Below, in pieces: positions 36,706 to 45,580 of a stretch of DNA of 55,961 nucleotides. The position numbers and the translations under genes were made by a program. Position 1 is the first letter of the stretch. Each line of letters opens with the position of its first letter. Source of the stretch: Candidatus Saccharimonadales bacterium (GTDB lineage Bacteria; Patescibacteriota; Saccharimonadia; Saccharimonadales; UBA4665); the NCBI GenBank assembly GCA_038238095.1, contig JBBRXZ010000001.1:1-55961 (forward strand), in the 5' to 3' direction. The notes below the pieces were generated by a model. It saw nothing but the letters and a program-made list of their open reading frames with translations. It was not told where the DNA came from and did no database searches.

Positions 36706-36731
36706 ATATTAAAAACCGCCTGGTTGGCGGT
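36706..36731 (-). terminator. Terminator-like hairpin inside the DAHP-synthase leader (candidate attenuator)
   Basis: The minus strand reads ACCGCC-AACCA-GGCGGT-TTTTAATAT and ends 17 nt before the RBS. Confidence 0.4.
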
Positions 36732-36756
36732 ATGATCTTTGCTTTGATTGCTGGGG

Positions 36757-36834
36757 TTATGTGTACATGCAAAACAGACCGCCACGAGGTGTGCCGGTAA
36801 ACCAATATTGGCAGCTGCCATGAAGTCTTGACAT
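36757..36834 (-). other. Candidate 25-aa leader peptide MSRLHGSCQYWFTGTPRGGLFCMYT (consecutive Tyr-Trp-Phe codons)
   Basis: ATG at 36834 lies at about the predicted transcription start, TAA at 36757..36759. The ORF contains GGCGGT, identical to the 3' arm of the downstream hairpin. Confidence 0.3.
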
Positions 36835-36841
36835 AAGAGGT

Positions 36842-36870
36842 AATATACACCCTCTGTCAAGGGGTGTCAA
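36842..36870 (-). promoter_or_regulatory. Sigma70-like promoter TTGACA-17 nt-TATATT upstream of the DAHP-synthase gene
   Basis: Minus strand: TTGACAccccttgacagagggtgTATATT, spacer counted by hand. Confidence 0.5.
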
Positions 36871-36889
36871 ATTAACTCATCCAGAAAGC

Positions 36890-37288
36890 TTAGCGTTTGG
36901 TGAATTGGCGTTTTTTGCGGGCGCCTTTGAGGCCGAACTTCTTGCGTTCGCGTTCGCGGGCGTCACGGGTGAGGAGATCGGCGCGCTTCAACGTACTCTT
37001 GAAGTCTTCGTTCAAAACGACGAGGGCTTTGGCTATACCAAGGCGGATGGCTTCGATCTGGCCTTCGTGGCCGCCGCCGGATACTACAACGCTGACATCG
37101 AATTTATTAACATTGTCGAGCGCTACGAACGGTTGCTGCAATTTAGCCAGCAGATATTTGCTGTCCATAAAGTACTCGGCAGCCGGTTTGCCATTGACTG
37201 TTATGGCGCCTTTACCGCTCTGAAGGCGAATACGGGCAGTGGCGCTTTTGCGGCGCCCCAGGGCATAGAAGTAACTGTCTTTAGCCAT
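36890..37288 (-). CDS. rpsI: 30S ribosomal protein S9
   Basis: GRRKSATARIRL..., GGGHEGQIEAIRLGIAKAL, C-terminal RKKRQFTKR. Confidence 0.9.
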   Translation of the reverse strand: MAKDSYFYALGRRKSATARIRLQSGKGAITVNGKPAAEYFMDSKYLLAKLQQPFVALDNVNKFDVSVVVSGGGHEGQIEAIRLGIAKALVVLNEDFKSTLKRADLLTRDARERERKKFGLKGARKKRQFTKR

Positions 37289-37728
37289 TATTTATTGCCT
37301 TTTATGGATATATTAGCTGGTTGTTGGGGATCATGAGGGTGCTCGGCGCCTGGGTAAACCTTCAGGCGTAACAGGCGGCCATCGCGCAGACGATTGACGG
37401 GTAACATGCCGCGCACGGCGTTAACAACAGCGAAAGTTGGATCTTTTTTTTGCTTTTCGGCTAAGGTGGCTGCTTTGAGACCGCCGGGATAGCTGCTATG
37501 ACGGTAGTAGACCTTTTGCTCCGGTTTGCTGCCGGAAACCACAATATTGGCAGCGTTCAAGACAACCACGTAATCGCCGCAGTCGATATGCTTGGTGAAC
37601 TGAGGCTTGGCCTTGCCGGTTAATAAGGTGGCGACTTTAGTGGCTACACGGCCAAGCGGCGCTTCGCTGGCATCTACGACGTACCACTGGCGCGTAATAT
37701 CGCTCGGTTTGGCGCTATAAGTTTTCAT
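37288..37728 (-). CDS. rplM: 50S ribosomal protein L13
   Basis: RQWYVVDASEAPLGRVAT..., YYRHSSYPGG, GMLP. Confidence 0.9.
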   Translation of the reverse strand: MKTYSAKPSDITRQWYVVDASEAPLGRVATKVATLLTGKAKPQFTKHIDCGDYVVVLNAANIVVSGSKPEQKVYYRHSSYPGGLKAATLAEKQKKDPTFAVVNAVRGMLPVNRLRDGRLLRLKVYPGAEHPHDPQQPANISIKGNK

Positions 37729-38201
37729 AATTTAACCTCCTGGACGACGGGCTCAGTTGCAACTTCAGATTTTAGCGTTTCAGTAGCTATAGGGGCTATA
37801 GGTTTCTCATTAACAATTGGCTTGGCAACCGGCGCAGCCTTAAGATCATCAACAAAGCTGACTCGGGCCAGCTGGGCGTTATCGCCGCGGCGAAAGCTGG
37901 TTTTTTCTATACGCAGGTGTCCGCTAACACGTCCTTTTAGTTTCGGGGCAATCTCATCAACCAATTTGTGAGTGCTGGCCACTGTTTGCAAGCCGCGTAG
38001 CACCTGGCGCCGGTTGTGCAAATCACCTTTTTTGGCTTTGGTAATCAGTTTCTCCATATATGGTACGACTTCTTTGGCTTTGGGCAAAGTAGTCTCAATG
38101 GACTCGTACTTAACCAAAGAGTCGGCCAAGCCTTTGTACAATGCCCGGCGGGCATCGCGCTCGCGGTTCAGTTTACGGCCTTGGTACCCGTGGCGATGCA
38201 T
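37725..38201 (-). CDS. rplQ: 50S ribosomal protein L17 (with C-terminal extension)
   Basis: MHRHGYQGRKLNR, IETTLPKAKEVVPYMEKLIT, and position after rpoA. Confidence 0.85.
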   Translation of the reverse strand: MHRHGYQGRKLNRERDARRALYKGLADSLVKYESIETTLPKAKEVVPYMEKLITKAKKGDLHNRRQVLRGLQTVASTHKLVDEIAPKLKGRVSGHLRIEKTSFRRGDNAQLARVSFVDDLKAAPVAKPIVNEKPIAPIATETLKSEVATEPVVQEVKL

Positions 38202-38203
38202 AT

Positions 38204-39160
38204 CTAAAGCTCCAACTCCGCTAATTTTTCTTTGACTTCGTCTAGGGCTTTAGAGCCGAAACCTTTAAGGTCACGCAGTTCAGCATCATTAAGAGCAAAC
38301 AGGTCGCGAATGGTGTGGATTTCGTTATTGATCAGAGCGTTGGTGGTGCGAGCCGAGAGATTGAGATCCTCTATGGATGTGCTTAGCGCCGTAGTCTCTT
38401 CGCCGAGTAAATCGCTGCCAAACTCAGAATCCTGACCGCTACTATTATCGCCGGAGACTTCATTGCTGGCAATGCGTGTCTTTCCGGCCAAAGCAGTGTA
38501 TTGGTTAACCAGGATAGCCGCGGCTTCTTCAAAAGCATCAGCGGGAGTGATGGAGCCATCGGTATCGACAGTCAGCAATAGCCTATCGAGGTCGGTTGCC
38601 TGACCGACACGGGTATTTTCAACCTTATAGCGAACTCGTAACACCGGGCTGAATATAGCATCGAGGGCAACCATATCGGTGGCTTTCTTGGCCGCACCTT
38701 CTTCAATAGTGCGGTAGCCGCGGCCGACTTCTACGTTCAAGTCAATAGTCAGCTTGGCTTTGGCTTCGTCTATAGTAGCGATGACATGCTCGGGATTCAC
38801 GATTTCGACATCGGCATTGGTCTGGATATCTTTGGCTATAACTGTGCCTTTGCTTTGCTTGACAATGCGTAATGTCTGAGGCTCACTGCCATAGATGCGA
38901 AAGCGGACTCCCTTTAGGTTAAGCATAATATCGACGACGTCTTCCTTGACCCCGGGGACACTGGTAAATTCATGGGTAACGCCTTCTATCTTAAAAGCCG
39001 TGACGGCGGCCCCTGAAATGCTGGAAAGCAATACCCGACGCAGACTATTGCCCAGTGTCATGCCGTAACCGCTGTGCAGCGGCCCAATCACAAAAGAAGC
39101 GCTGGTATCGCTGTGGCCGTCAACTTTGACGAGACTTGGCGTGTGGATAATATTTGACAT
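38204..39160 (-). CDS. rpoA: DNA-directed RNA polymerase subunit alpha
   Basis: GPLHSGYGMTLGNSLRRVLLSSI..., C-terminal domain LNLSARTTNAL...L. Confidence 0.9.
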   Translation of the reverse strand: MSNIIHTPSLVKVDGHSDTSASFVIGPLHSGYGMTLGNSLRRVLLSSISGAAVTAFKIEGVTHEFTSVPGVKEDVVDIMLNLKGVRFRIYGSEPQTLRIVKQSKGTVIAKDIQTNADVEIVNPEHVIATIDEAKAKLTIDLNVEVGRGYRTIEEGAAKKATDMVALDAIFSPVLRVRYKVENTRVGQATDLDRLLLTVDTDGSITPADAFEEAAAILVNQYTALAGKTRIASNEVSGDNSSGQDSEFGSDLLGEETTALSTSIEDLNLSARTTNALINNEIHTIRDLFALNDAELRDLKGFGSKALDEVKEKLAELEL

Positions 39161-39174
39161 TTGTGGCTCCTATT

Positions 39175-39798
39175 TTAACGTGAATAATACTCAACTATTA
39201 ACTGTTCATTTATATCCGGTTCGGCGTCATCACGGGATGGCAAACCGGTAATCGATACAGTAACTTTTTTACGGTCAACGTTCAGCCAACCCGGCGTTTC
39301 ACTGGGAACCGGGCTGACTTCGTCGAGTTTCTTGAAATATTCAGTCTTTAGGCTGTGCGGCCGGGCAACCAGTGTGTCACCGGCTTTAAGGCGTATGGAA
39401 GGAATATCGACGCGCACATCATTTAACAAGAAATGGCCGTGTGTCATCAGCTGGCGGGCAGCCCGCCGTGAAGGTGCAAAGCCGGCCCGATAGATAGTGT
39501 TGTCGGCGCGCTGTTCAAGCAGCTGGAGCAATACCTCGCCGGACTGGCCCTGGCGGCCCGCGGCTTCTTTCATGAGGTTAGCAAATTGCTTCTCGAGCAG
39601 GCCATACAGACGCTTAACTTTTTGCTTTTCACGCAACTGCAAGGAGTACTGGCTGGCTTTACCGCCGCGCGGTCCGCGCGCATTAGGTCCTTGGCCCGGT
39701 TTGCTGGCCCGCTTAACCAAAGCCTTGTGAGCCTTGGGGTGCAAGGCGTAGCCCTCCCGGCGACTCATTTTAACTATGGAACCTCTATCTCGTGCCAT
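39175..39798 (-). CDS. rpsD: 30S ribosomal protein S4
   Basis: SQYSLQLREKQKVKRLYG, RRAARQLMTHGH (S4 domain). Confidence 0.9.
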   Translation of the reverse strand: MARDRGSIVKMSRREGYALHPKAHKALVKRASKPGQGPNARGPRGGKASQYSLQLREKQKVKRLYGLLEKQFANLMKEAAGRQGQSGEVLLQLLEQRADNTIYRAGFAPSRRAARQLMTHGHFLLNDVRVDIPSIRLKAGDTLVARPHSLKTEYFKKLDEVSPVPSETPGWLNVDRKKVTVSITGLPSRDDAEPDINEQLIVEYYSR

Positions 39799-39816
39799 GA
39801 TATTTACTTAAATCCC

Positions 39817-40305
39817 CTAAATCCTACGAGCCTTACGCGGCCGCACACCACCATGCGCCACACCTGTAACGTCTTTGATAGTTTCAACGGCGATATCCAT
39901 GCCATTTAGCACGCGGACTGCCGCATCACGGCCAAGTCCTATGCCCTTTATAAAAACATCAGCCCGGCTGAAGCCATATTGCTGTTTGGCGGCCTGCGCG
40001 GCGCGCTCGGCTGCTATCTGGGCCGCATAAGCCGTGCCTTTTTTAGAGCCGCGGAAACCGCAGGCTCCGGCGCTGGAGGTAGTAAGTACGTTACCGCTGC
40101 CGTCAGTAAATGTAACTATGGTGTTATTAAAAGTAGCCAGCACATGAACCTGGCCGCTGGGGACATTTCGTTTAGCTTTTTTACGCTTAGGCGGCGCGCC
40201 GGCTTTGGACGCTGCAGAATCATCTTTGACGGCTGTAGCGGTTCCTGAAGCCTCGATCGGGGCCTGTTCTTCTTCTTTTGCCGGTGCGATAGTTTCTTCT
40301 GCCAT
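39817..40305 (-). CDS. rpsK: 30S ribosomal protein S11 (about 40-aa N-terminal extension)
   Basis: GQVHVLATFNNTIVTFTDGSGN...GFRGSKKGT, VKDVTGVAHGGVRPRK. Confidence 0.9.
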   Translation of the reverse strand: MAEETIAPAKEEEQAPIEASGTATAVKDDSAASKAGAPPKRKKAKRNVPSGQVHVLATFNNTIVTFTDGSGNVLTTSSAGACGFRGSKKGTAYAAQIAAERAAQAAKQQYGFSRADVFIKGIGLGRDAAVRVLNGMDIAVETIKDVTGVAHGGVRPRKARRI

Positions 40306-40315
40306 ATTAATAAAC

Positions 40316-40702
40316 CTAGGTCTTGGATGCTACCTTCTTAGCAGTACCGCCGACGGTAACTTTTTTGCCGCGGCGGGTGCGGGCATTGGTCTTGGTCCGC
40401 TGGCCCCGTGACGGTAAACCAGCAGTATGGCGGATACCGCGGTATGACTTAATCTCTTTGAGGCGTTTGACGTTCCCGCTGACCATACGTTGCAGCTCGC
40501 CTTCGACCAGAAAATCGGCATTGATAACGTCCTGGATACGGCCAATCTCAGCGTCCGTAAGGTTCTTAACCCTGGCGGTTCGCTCCACATTGATCTTCTT
40601 CAAGATGTCATCGGCGCTTTTAGGACCAATACCATACACGTAGGTCAAGGCAACCCAAACCTGCTTATCAGCGGGAATAGTTACGCCGGAAATTCTTGCC
40701 AT
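40316..40702 (-). CDS. rpsM: 30S ribosomal protein S13
   Basis: MARISGVTIP...ALTYVYGIG, YRGIRH..GLP.RGQRT. Confidence 0.9.
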   Translation of the reverse strand: MARISGVTIPADKQVWVALTYVYGIGPKSADDILKKINVERTARVKNLTDAEIGRIQDVINADFLVEGELQRMVSGNVKRLKEIKSYRGIRHTAGLPSRGQRTKTNARTRRGKKVTVGGTAKKVASKT

Positions 40703-40753
40703 AATTTAGTAACTGCCTCCGCTTGTAACCGAAATAATTTTAAACCTCTTCAT

Positions 40754-40870
40754 CTAGCCTTGCCTCTGCTTGTGCTTGGGTTTTAACTTGTTGATAACGT
40801 AAACACGTCCCTTGCGGCGGACAATCTTATCATCAGGGCTGATTTTTTTAACGCTGGCACGCACTTTCAT
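40754..40870 (-). CDS. rpmJ: 50S ribosomal protein L36 (38 aa, cysteine-free); absent from the ORF track
   Basis: Hand translation of the minus strand gives [38 protein letters not shown]-stop. Located between infA and rpsM as expected. Confidence 0.85.
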   Translation of the reverse strand: MKVRASVKKISPDDKIVRRKGRVYVINKLKPKHKQRQG

Positions 40871-40915
40871 GCGGATCATTCTCCTTCCTCGGAGGGTGAC
40901 TCACTGCTCTTAAAA

Positions 40916-41137
40916 TTATGACTTGCGATAGGTGATTCTGCCCTTAGTGAGATCGTAAGGGGTCAACTCGACCGTAACGCTGTCGCCGGGAACAATACGG
41001 ATAAAATGTTTCCTCATCTTGCCGGCAACGTGAGCTATGATTTTATGGCCGTTCTCGAGCTCTACACGAAACTGAGTCCCTGGAAGGGTCTCGATAATTG
41101 TGCCTGTAAGCTCGATTACTTCCTTATTAACTGCCAT
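40916..41137 (-). CDS. infA: Translation initiation factor IF-1
   Basis: [59 protein letters not shown]. Confidence 0.9.
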   Translation of the reverse strand: MAVNKEVIELTGTIIETLPGTQFRVELENGHKIIAHVAGKMRKHFIRIVPGDSVTVELTPYDLTKGRITYRKS

Positions 41138-41155
41138 AAATATAACTAAGGTTCA

Positions 41156-41185
41156 ATTATAGCAGCTCTCACAACATTTTGTAAA
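41156..41185 (-). promoter_or_regulatory. Candidate internal promoter TTTACA-18 nt-TATAAT upstream of infA
   Basis: Minus strand: TTTACAaaatgttgtgagagctgcTATAAT. Confidence 0.4.
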
Positions 41186-41268
41186 GGTTTTTATACTATT
41201 GTCATAACCTCTACCGGTTGCGAGGTAAGCTGTCAGTAAATTGTCTATAATCAGGTTAACATGGTTCG

Positions 41269-42777
41269 CTATTTTTTTGTAGTTTTGGGGCGGCGTTTGA
41301 GTCGCGGCCTGAACCATAATCGACTACCTCCTAAAGCAGCTTGGCCCTCACTTTCGGGCTCGTAAAAGAAATCAGGTTGTGAGTATTGATCGTAGGTAAC
41401 CATTAAGGCGCGCGACTCGACGGCTCGTAAAGTTTGTAGCGCTACCGAAACCAGGATAAGTACGCTGGTGCCGCCGATAGTTATGCTGGTACTTATGAAT
41501 ATTTGGGCGATAATTGGAAAAAGCGCCAGCAGGCCAAGGCTTAAGGCACCGAAGAACGTCAGTCGATTGACAATCTTACTGAGGTACTTCTCGGTTTGTT
41601 CACCGCCACGCACACCTTCTATGAACCCACCTTGTTTGTGAAGATTTTCGGCAATTTCTTTAGAATTAAAGGTAATGCTCGTGTAAAAGAAAGTAAAAAT
41701 AAACACTAACAAGAAGTAAGTAACTGGATAAATGTAAGCATGCCAGCCATTTGTCGCAAAGGTTTGAGCTGAGGGAGTCCGAAACCAGTCTACAAGCTGT
41801 GTACCCAGATGCGCCAAATGAGGGCTATGGTTGGCGCTAAGCAGTTGGCCGGCAAAACTCGGCACACTTAGAAACGCCACCGCAAAGATTATAGGCACCA
41901 CTCCGGCGGTGATTAATTTTACCGGCAGAACTGTAGTTATACCACCGTAAGCTCTGTTACCCTGCACACGTTTCGCGTAGTTCACCGTGAGATTGCGGGA
42001 AGCTTCGTTGAGCATTACCACCAGCCAGGTTACTACTACCACCGAGATTATTATACCTATACTATAGATCAGAGCAGTTTTATTAATAGGCAGGTTATGG
42101 CCAAACAACACCCAATGGTCTTTTTTATTAAGGACTGAGCCGGCAATTTTGGATATCTGGCCGGGCAGCCCGCTGACGATACCTACGGTAATCAGCAGCG
42201 AGATACCATTGCCGACGCTCTGTTCTGTTACCAGCTCACCAAGCCACATCAGCAACATTGAGCCGCCGGTAAGAGCGGCCACCATTAATACCCACCGCCC
42301 CAGCGATGCGTTAGCGGTGATATCGCCAATACCGCCGATGGACTGCGCCGCCTGCTTAATCAGATAAATTGAGCCGATGGACTGGATTATGGCCAATGGC
42401 AAAGTCAGCATGCGGGTATATTGATTAATTTTCTTCTGGCCGAATTCACCTTCTTTATGCAAAGCCTCAAGCTGAGGAATGGCTTTGGTGAGCAACTGCA
42501 TTATGATCGAAGCGTTAATATAGGGGCCAAGGCCGGCTATCATTATTGAGAAGTTGGCGAGAGCTCCACCGGATAAGACGTTTATGATGCTCAGGAGCTG
42601 CGGCGTATTATTAGAATTAAATAGGTTCTGGAGCACCTGGTGCAGTGTTTCGGGATTGCTAAGTGGTACGGGAATATGAGCTAAAATGCGAAAAATCAAC
42701 ATTATACCAAGCACAGCCAGAATACGCCCTCGCATATCCTTATGCGTCAATGACCGTACAATAATTTTCCAGTTCAT
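41269..42777 (-). CDS. secY: Preprotein translocase subunit SecY (basic C-terminal tail)
   Basis: About 10 hydrophobic segments. [30 protein letters not shown]. Position after rplO. Confidence 0.9.
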   Translation of the reverse strand: MNWKIIVRSLTHKDMRGRILAVLGIMLIFRILAHIPVPLSNPETLHQVLQNLFNSNNTPQLLSIINVLSGGALANFSIMIAGLGPYINASIIMQLLTKAIPQLEALHKEGEFGQKKINQYTRMLTLPLAIIQSIGSIYLIKQAAQSIGGIGDITANASLGRWVLMVAALTGGSMLLMWLGELVTEQSVGNGISLLITVGIVSGLPGQISKIAGSVLNKKDHWVLFGHNLPINKTALIYSIGIIISVVVVTWLVVMLNEASRNLTVNYAKRVQGNRAYGGITTVLPVKLITAGVVPIIFAVAFLSVPSFAGQLLSANHSPHLAHLGTQLVDWFRTPSAQTFATNGWHAYIYPVTYFLLVFIFTFFYTSITFNSKEIAENLHKQGGFIEGVRGGEQTEKYLSKIVNRLTFFGALSLGLLALFPIIAQIFISTSITIGGTSVLILVSVALQTLRAVESRALMVTYDQYSQPDFFYEPESEGQAALGGSRLWFRPRLKRRPKTTKK

Positions 42778-42855
42778 CGGTGTTTTTTATCCCTCATTAC
42801 TTTGATCTATTAAACCATAGTTCGCCCACTTTAAACAGCTTCTTGGCGTGGCTTA

Positions 42856-43338
42856 TTATGCTCTACTTCCGGATTTTTTTGTAGTGGTTTTGAGGCGTTG
42901 GAGACGATCCGTTGCTTCGAAGCTGCCGCCAGAAGCTTCAATGGCGGCTTTGGCAGATTTGCTGGCCGCCGGGAGCTTAACTGTTATCTTTTTGGTTAAC
43001 TCCCCTTTAGTGATTAGTTTTAATTTAACATAGGCATTACTAATCAAACCGGCTTCGGCCAGGACTTTGGCGTCAACGATTTTGCCACTGAATTGTTCGA
43101 GTTGGCCGGTATAGACATTTTCTGTTTTCGGACGGTGGCTTTTGAAGCCGGGTAGCTTTGGCAATTTCTGCATCAGGGGGTTGGAGCCACCGGCGAAACC
43201 AGGTTTGGCACTGGATCCGGTTCGAGACTTTTGGCCCTTAGTACCGCGGCCCGCGGTTTTACCCTTGCCGGCAGCAATTCCTCGGCCAACCCGCTGTCTG
43301 GATTTGCTCTTGGTAAGTTGTAATTCGTGATACTTCAT
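42856..43338 (-). CDS. rplO: 50S ribosomal protein L15
   Basis: RVGRGIAAGKGKTAGRGTKGQKSR. Confidence 0.9.
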   Translation of the reverse strand: MKYHELQLTKSKSRQRVGRGIAAGKGKTAGRGTKGQKSRTGSSAKPGFAGGSNPLMQKLPKLPGFKSHRPKTENVYTGQLEQFSGKIVDAKVLAEAGLISNAYVKLKLITKGELTKKITVKLPAASKSAKAAIEASGGSFEATDRLQRLKTTTKKSGSRA

Positions 43339-43341
43339 CGT

Positions 43342-43947
43342 TTATACTTTAGTCTTTTTCGGTTTCTTTTTAGTGGCCGCCGGTTTTTTCGAAGCTGGTG
43401 CAGCTTCTTCTTTAGCCGCTAAGGGCTTTTTAGTCCTAGAGGCACTGGTTACCCATTTATTCGATGGCACTAAACTTTGCAGTGCGGCAATGGTGGCATA
43501 GGCAGTATTGGTCTTGTTACTGGAGCCCAAAGATTTACTAAGGGCGTTTTTCACGCCGGCCACCTCCAGGATAGTACGGACTACGCCGCCGGCAATCAAT
43601 CCGGTACCGGCGCTGGCTGGTTTAAGCAGGATGTGGGCGCCGCTAACCTTAAACTCCACTTCGTGCGGCAGAGTACCTTTATATAACGACACGCTAACGA
43701 AATTCTTTTTAGCAGCTTCCGTAGCCTTTGTAACGGCAGCTGTGACATCAGCGCCTTTAGCAGTACCAATACCAACTTTGTGCTTTTTATCGCCGACGAC
43801 CACTAGAGCCCGAAAGCGGAAGCGGCGGCCGCCTTTGACTACGCGAGCCACACGGTCGATGTGCAGAGTACGCTCATCAAATTGTTTTTCTTCTGGTTGA
43901 ATTTCGGGACGACGATTACGTCGATCCGAAGATTGTGCGTATGCCAT
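43342..43947 (-). CDS. rpsE: 30S ribosomal protein S5 (Lys/Ala-rich C-terminal tail)
   Basis: IDRVARVVKGGRRFRFRALVVVGD..GKVG.G.AKG. Start set to ATG 43947 (MAYAQSS); the tracked longer ORF overlaps rplR. Confidence 0.9.
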   Translation of the reverse strand: MAYAQSSDRRNRRPEIQPEEKQFDERTLHIDRVARVVKGGRRFRFRALVVVGDKKHKVGIGTAKGADVTAAVTKATEAAKKNFVSVSLYKGTLPHEVEFKVSGAHILLKPASAGTGLIAGGVVRTILEVAGVKNALSKSLGSSNKTNTAYATIAALQSLVPSNKWVTSASRTKKPLAAKEEAAPASKKPAATKKKPKKTKV

Positions 43948-43948
43948 G

Positions 43949-44320
43949 CTAGAACTCCAATCCTGCTTTACGAGCCGCGTCAGCCAGGGCTGCAACTCGG
44001 CCATGGTACAACTTGCCACCGCGGTCATAAACTACCGTCTTTACTTTGGCCGCCTTGGCCTGAGCCGCGATTTCGCCACCTACCCAAACGGCCTTTTCGC
44101 TCATGGTACCTTTAACGGATTTCTGGCCAACCGTAGTTACATAGCCTAGCGTCTTATGGGCAGTATCGTCAATCAACTGGGCAGTAATATGCAAGTTACT
44201 GACGTAGATGCTGAGCCTGGGACGCTGTGCCGTGCCGCTAACGACAGACCGCACACGACTTTTGCGCTGAGCGCGGTTATGCAATTTATGGGCTAATTTA
44301 TTGACTAGAAGTTTACTCAT
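43949..44320 (-). CDS. rplR: 50S ribosomal protein L18
   Basis: RPRLSIYVSNLHITAQLIDD, VVYDRGGKLYHGRVAALADAARKAGLEF. Confidence 0.9.
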   Translation of the reverse strand: MSKLLVNKLAHKLHNRAQRKSRVRSVVSGTAQRPRLSIYVSNLHITAQLIDDTAHKTLGYVTTVGQKSVKGTMSEKAVWVGGEIAAQAKAAKVKTVVYDRGGKLYHGRVAALADAARKAGLEF

Positions 44321-44335
44321 GATTACATATTCCTA

Positions 44336-44875
44336 CTACTTATCTTTGCCGCTCTTACCGCTCTTGCGGATAATATGTTCGCCGGCATATTTGATACCTT
44401 TGCCTTTGTAAGGTTCCGGCTTTTTAAGGGCGCGGATCTCGGCAGCCACCTGGCCGACTTGTTGCCTGTCGATGCCGGTTACTGTGATAGTATTCTGTTC
44501 GATCGTCGTAGTGAGGCCAGCCGGCACTTTGTAAATAACATCGTGCGAAAAGCCGAGATTCAGCTTCAAATCTGTACCTTGCTGGGCTACACGATAACCT
44601 ACCCCATTAATTTCCAATTTCTTGCTGAAGCCCTGGCTGACGCCATTTACCATATTATTAAGTAAAGCTCGCATCAGACCATGTTTGGCCCGGATCTTCG
44701 GTTCATCATTGGCCCTGGTGATAATTAATTCCTGCTCTTCCTGTTTAACAGTGATGTCAGGCATAGTGAATTGGGTCAGCGTGCCTTTGCTGCCGGCAAT
44801 GGTTATCTGATCAGGATCGATAGTGATAGTAACCCCGCTCGGAACTACAATCGGCATTTTTCCTACTCGGCTCAT
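44336..44875 (-). CDS. rplF: 50S ribosomal protein L6
   Basis: MSRVGKMPI.VP.GV, L.I.GVGYR, PEPYKGKGI.Y.GE. Confidence 0.9.
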   Translation of the reverse strand: MSRVGKMPIVVPSGVTITIDPDQITIAGSKGTLTQFTMPDITVKQEEQELIITRANDEPKIRAKHGLMRALLNNMVNGVSQGFSKKLEINGVGYRVAQQGTDLKLNLGFSHDVIYKVPAGLTTTIEQNTITVTGIDRQQVGQVAAEIRALKKPEPYKGKGIKYAGEHIIRKSGKSGKDK

Positions 44876-44895
44876 AGTCTATACTTACTTCTTCC

Positions 44896-45297
44896 TTAAT
44901 ATACTTTGCAGATTAATTCGCCGCCAATATGCTCGGCCCGGGCACGATCGCCGGTCATCAGACCTTTGGAAGTGGAAACTATAACCACACCGCGGCCGCG
45001 TTTAACCACTGGGATAGCCTGAGCGTTAACGTAGTGACGGCGACCCGGTTTACTCATGCGGACGATTTCGGTGATGCGGGCATTATTGGTTTCGTCGTTG
45101 ATTTTGACAGTTAGAGTTTTGCCAATAGCGGCATCTCCCACAGATACGCGGTCAATAAAGTTGCTTTCAGCAAGCAAGCGGGCAACCGACTCTTTGATCT
45201 TGGAATGCGGCAGGGTCACCTCTGTTTTACGCACCATAATGGCATTACGGATACGAGTCAACATGTCGGCAACGGGATCAGTTGTAGTTTTACTCAT
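44896..45297 (-). CDS. rpsH: 30S ribosomal protein S8
   Basis: TDPVADMLTRIRNA, VVIVSTSKGLMT...A....GGELICKVY. Confidence 0.9.
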   Translation of the reverse strand: MSKTTTDPVADMLTRIRNAIMVRKTEVTLPHSKIKESVARLLAESNFIDRVSVGDAAIGKTLTVKINDETNNARITEIVRMSKPGRRHYVNAQAIPVVKRGRGVVIVSTSKGLMTGDRARAEHIGGELICKVY

Positions 45298-45308
45298 ACA
45301 TTACTCTC

Positions 45309-45578
45309 CTACCAACTGGCCTTTGTTACACCAGGCACTTCGCTCTTACTGGCGTGTTCACGGAAACTAAGGCGGCTCAGGCCAAACTGGCGCATATAGC
45401 CCCTGGAGCGGCCAGTTTCAATACATCTATTTGTACGGCGGGTAGGGCTGCTGTTACGCGGCAGCTTCGCCAAACCTTCCTGGTCGCCCAGTTTTTTCAG
45501 TTCCGCCCGTTTATCTGCATATTGTTTAATCATTTTTAGACGTTTCTCGTCACGAATGACAATGGATTTCTTGGCCAT
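45309..45578 (-). CDS. rpsN: 30S ribosomal protein S14 (long, zinc-free form)
   Basis: MAKKSIV.R..KR...., [21 protein letters not shown]......PGVTKASW. Confidence 0.9.
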   Translation of the reverse strand: MAKKSIVIRDEKRLKMIKQYADKRAELKKLGDQEGLAKLPRNSSPTRRTNRCIETGRSRGYMRQFGLSRLSFREHASKSEVPGVTKASW

Positions 45579-45580
45579 AT

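Noticed and set aside
36690-36860. 57-codon N-terminal extension of the DAHP-synthase ORF
   Set aside because: The tracked start is a TTG lying inside the TTGACA-17-TATATT promoter-like sequence. The extension contains a hairpin plus T-run, and a good AAGGA RBS precedes the ATG at 36689. An in-frame ATG at 36821 cannot be fully excluded.
43948-44028. Extension of the rpsE ORF into rplR; likewise 49394..49498 for rpsS into rplB
   Set aside because: Both extensions overlap the upstream ribosomal genes and add non-homologous residues. The internal ATGs give canonical S5 and S19 N-termini.
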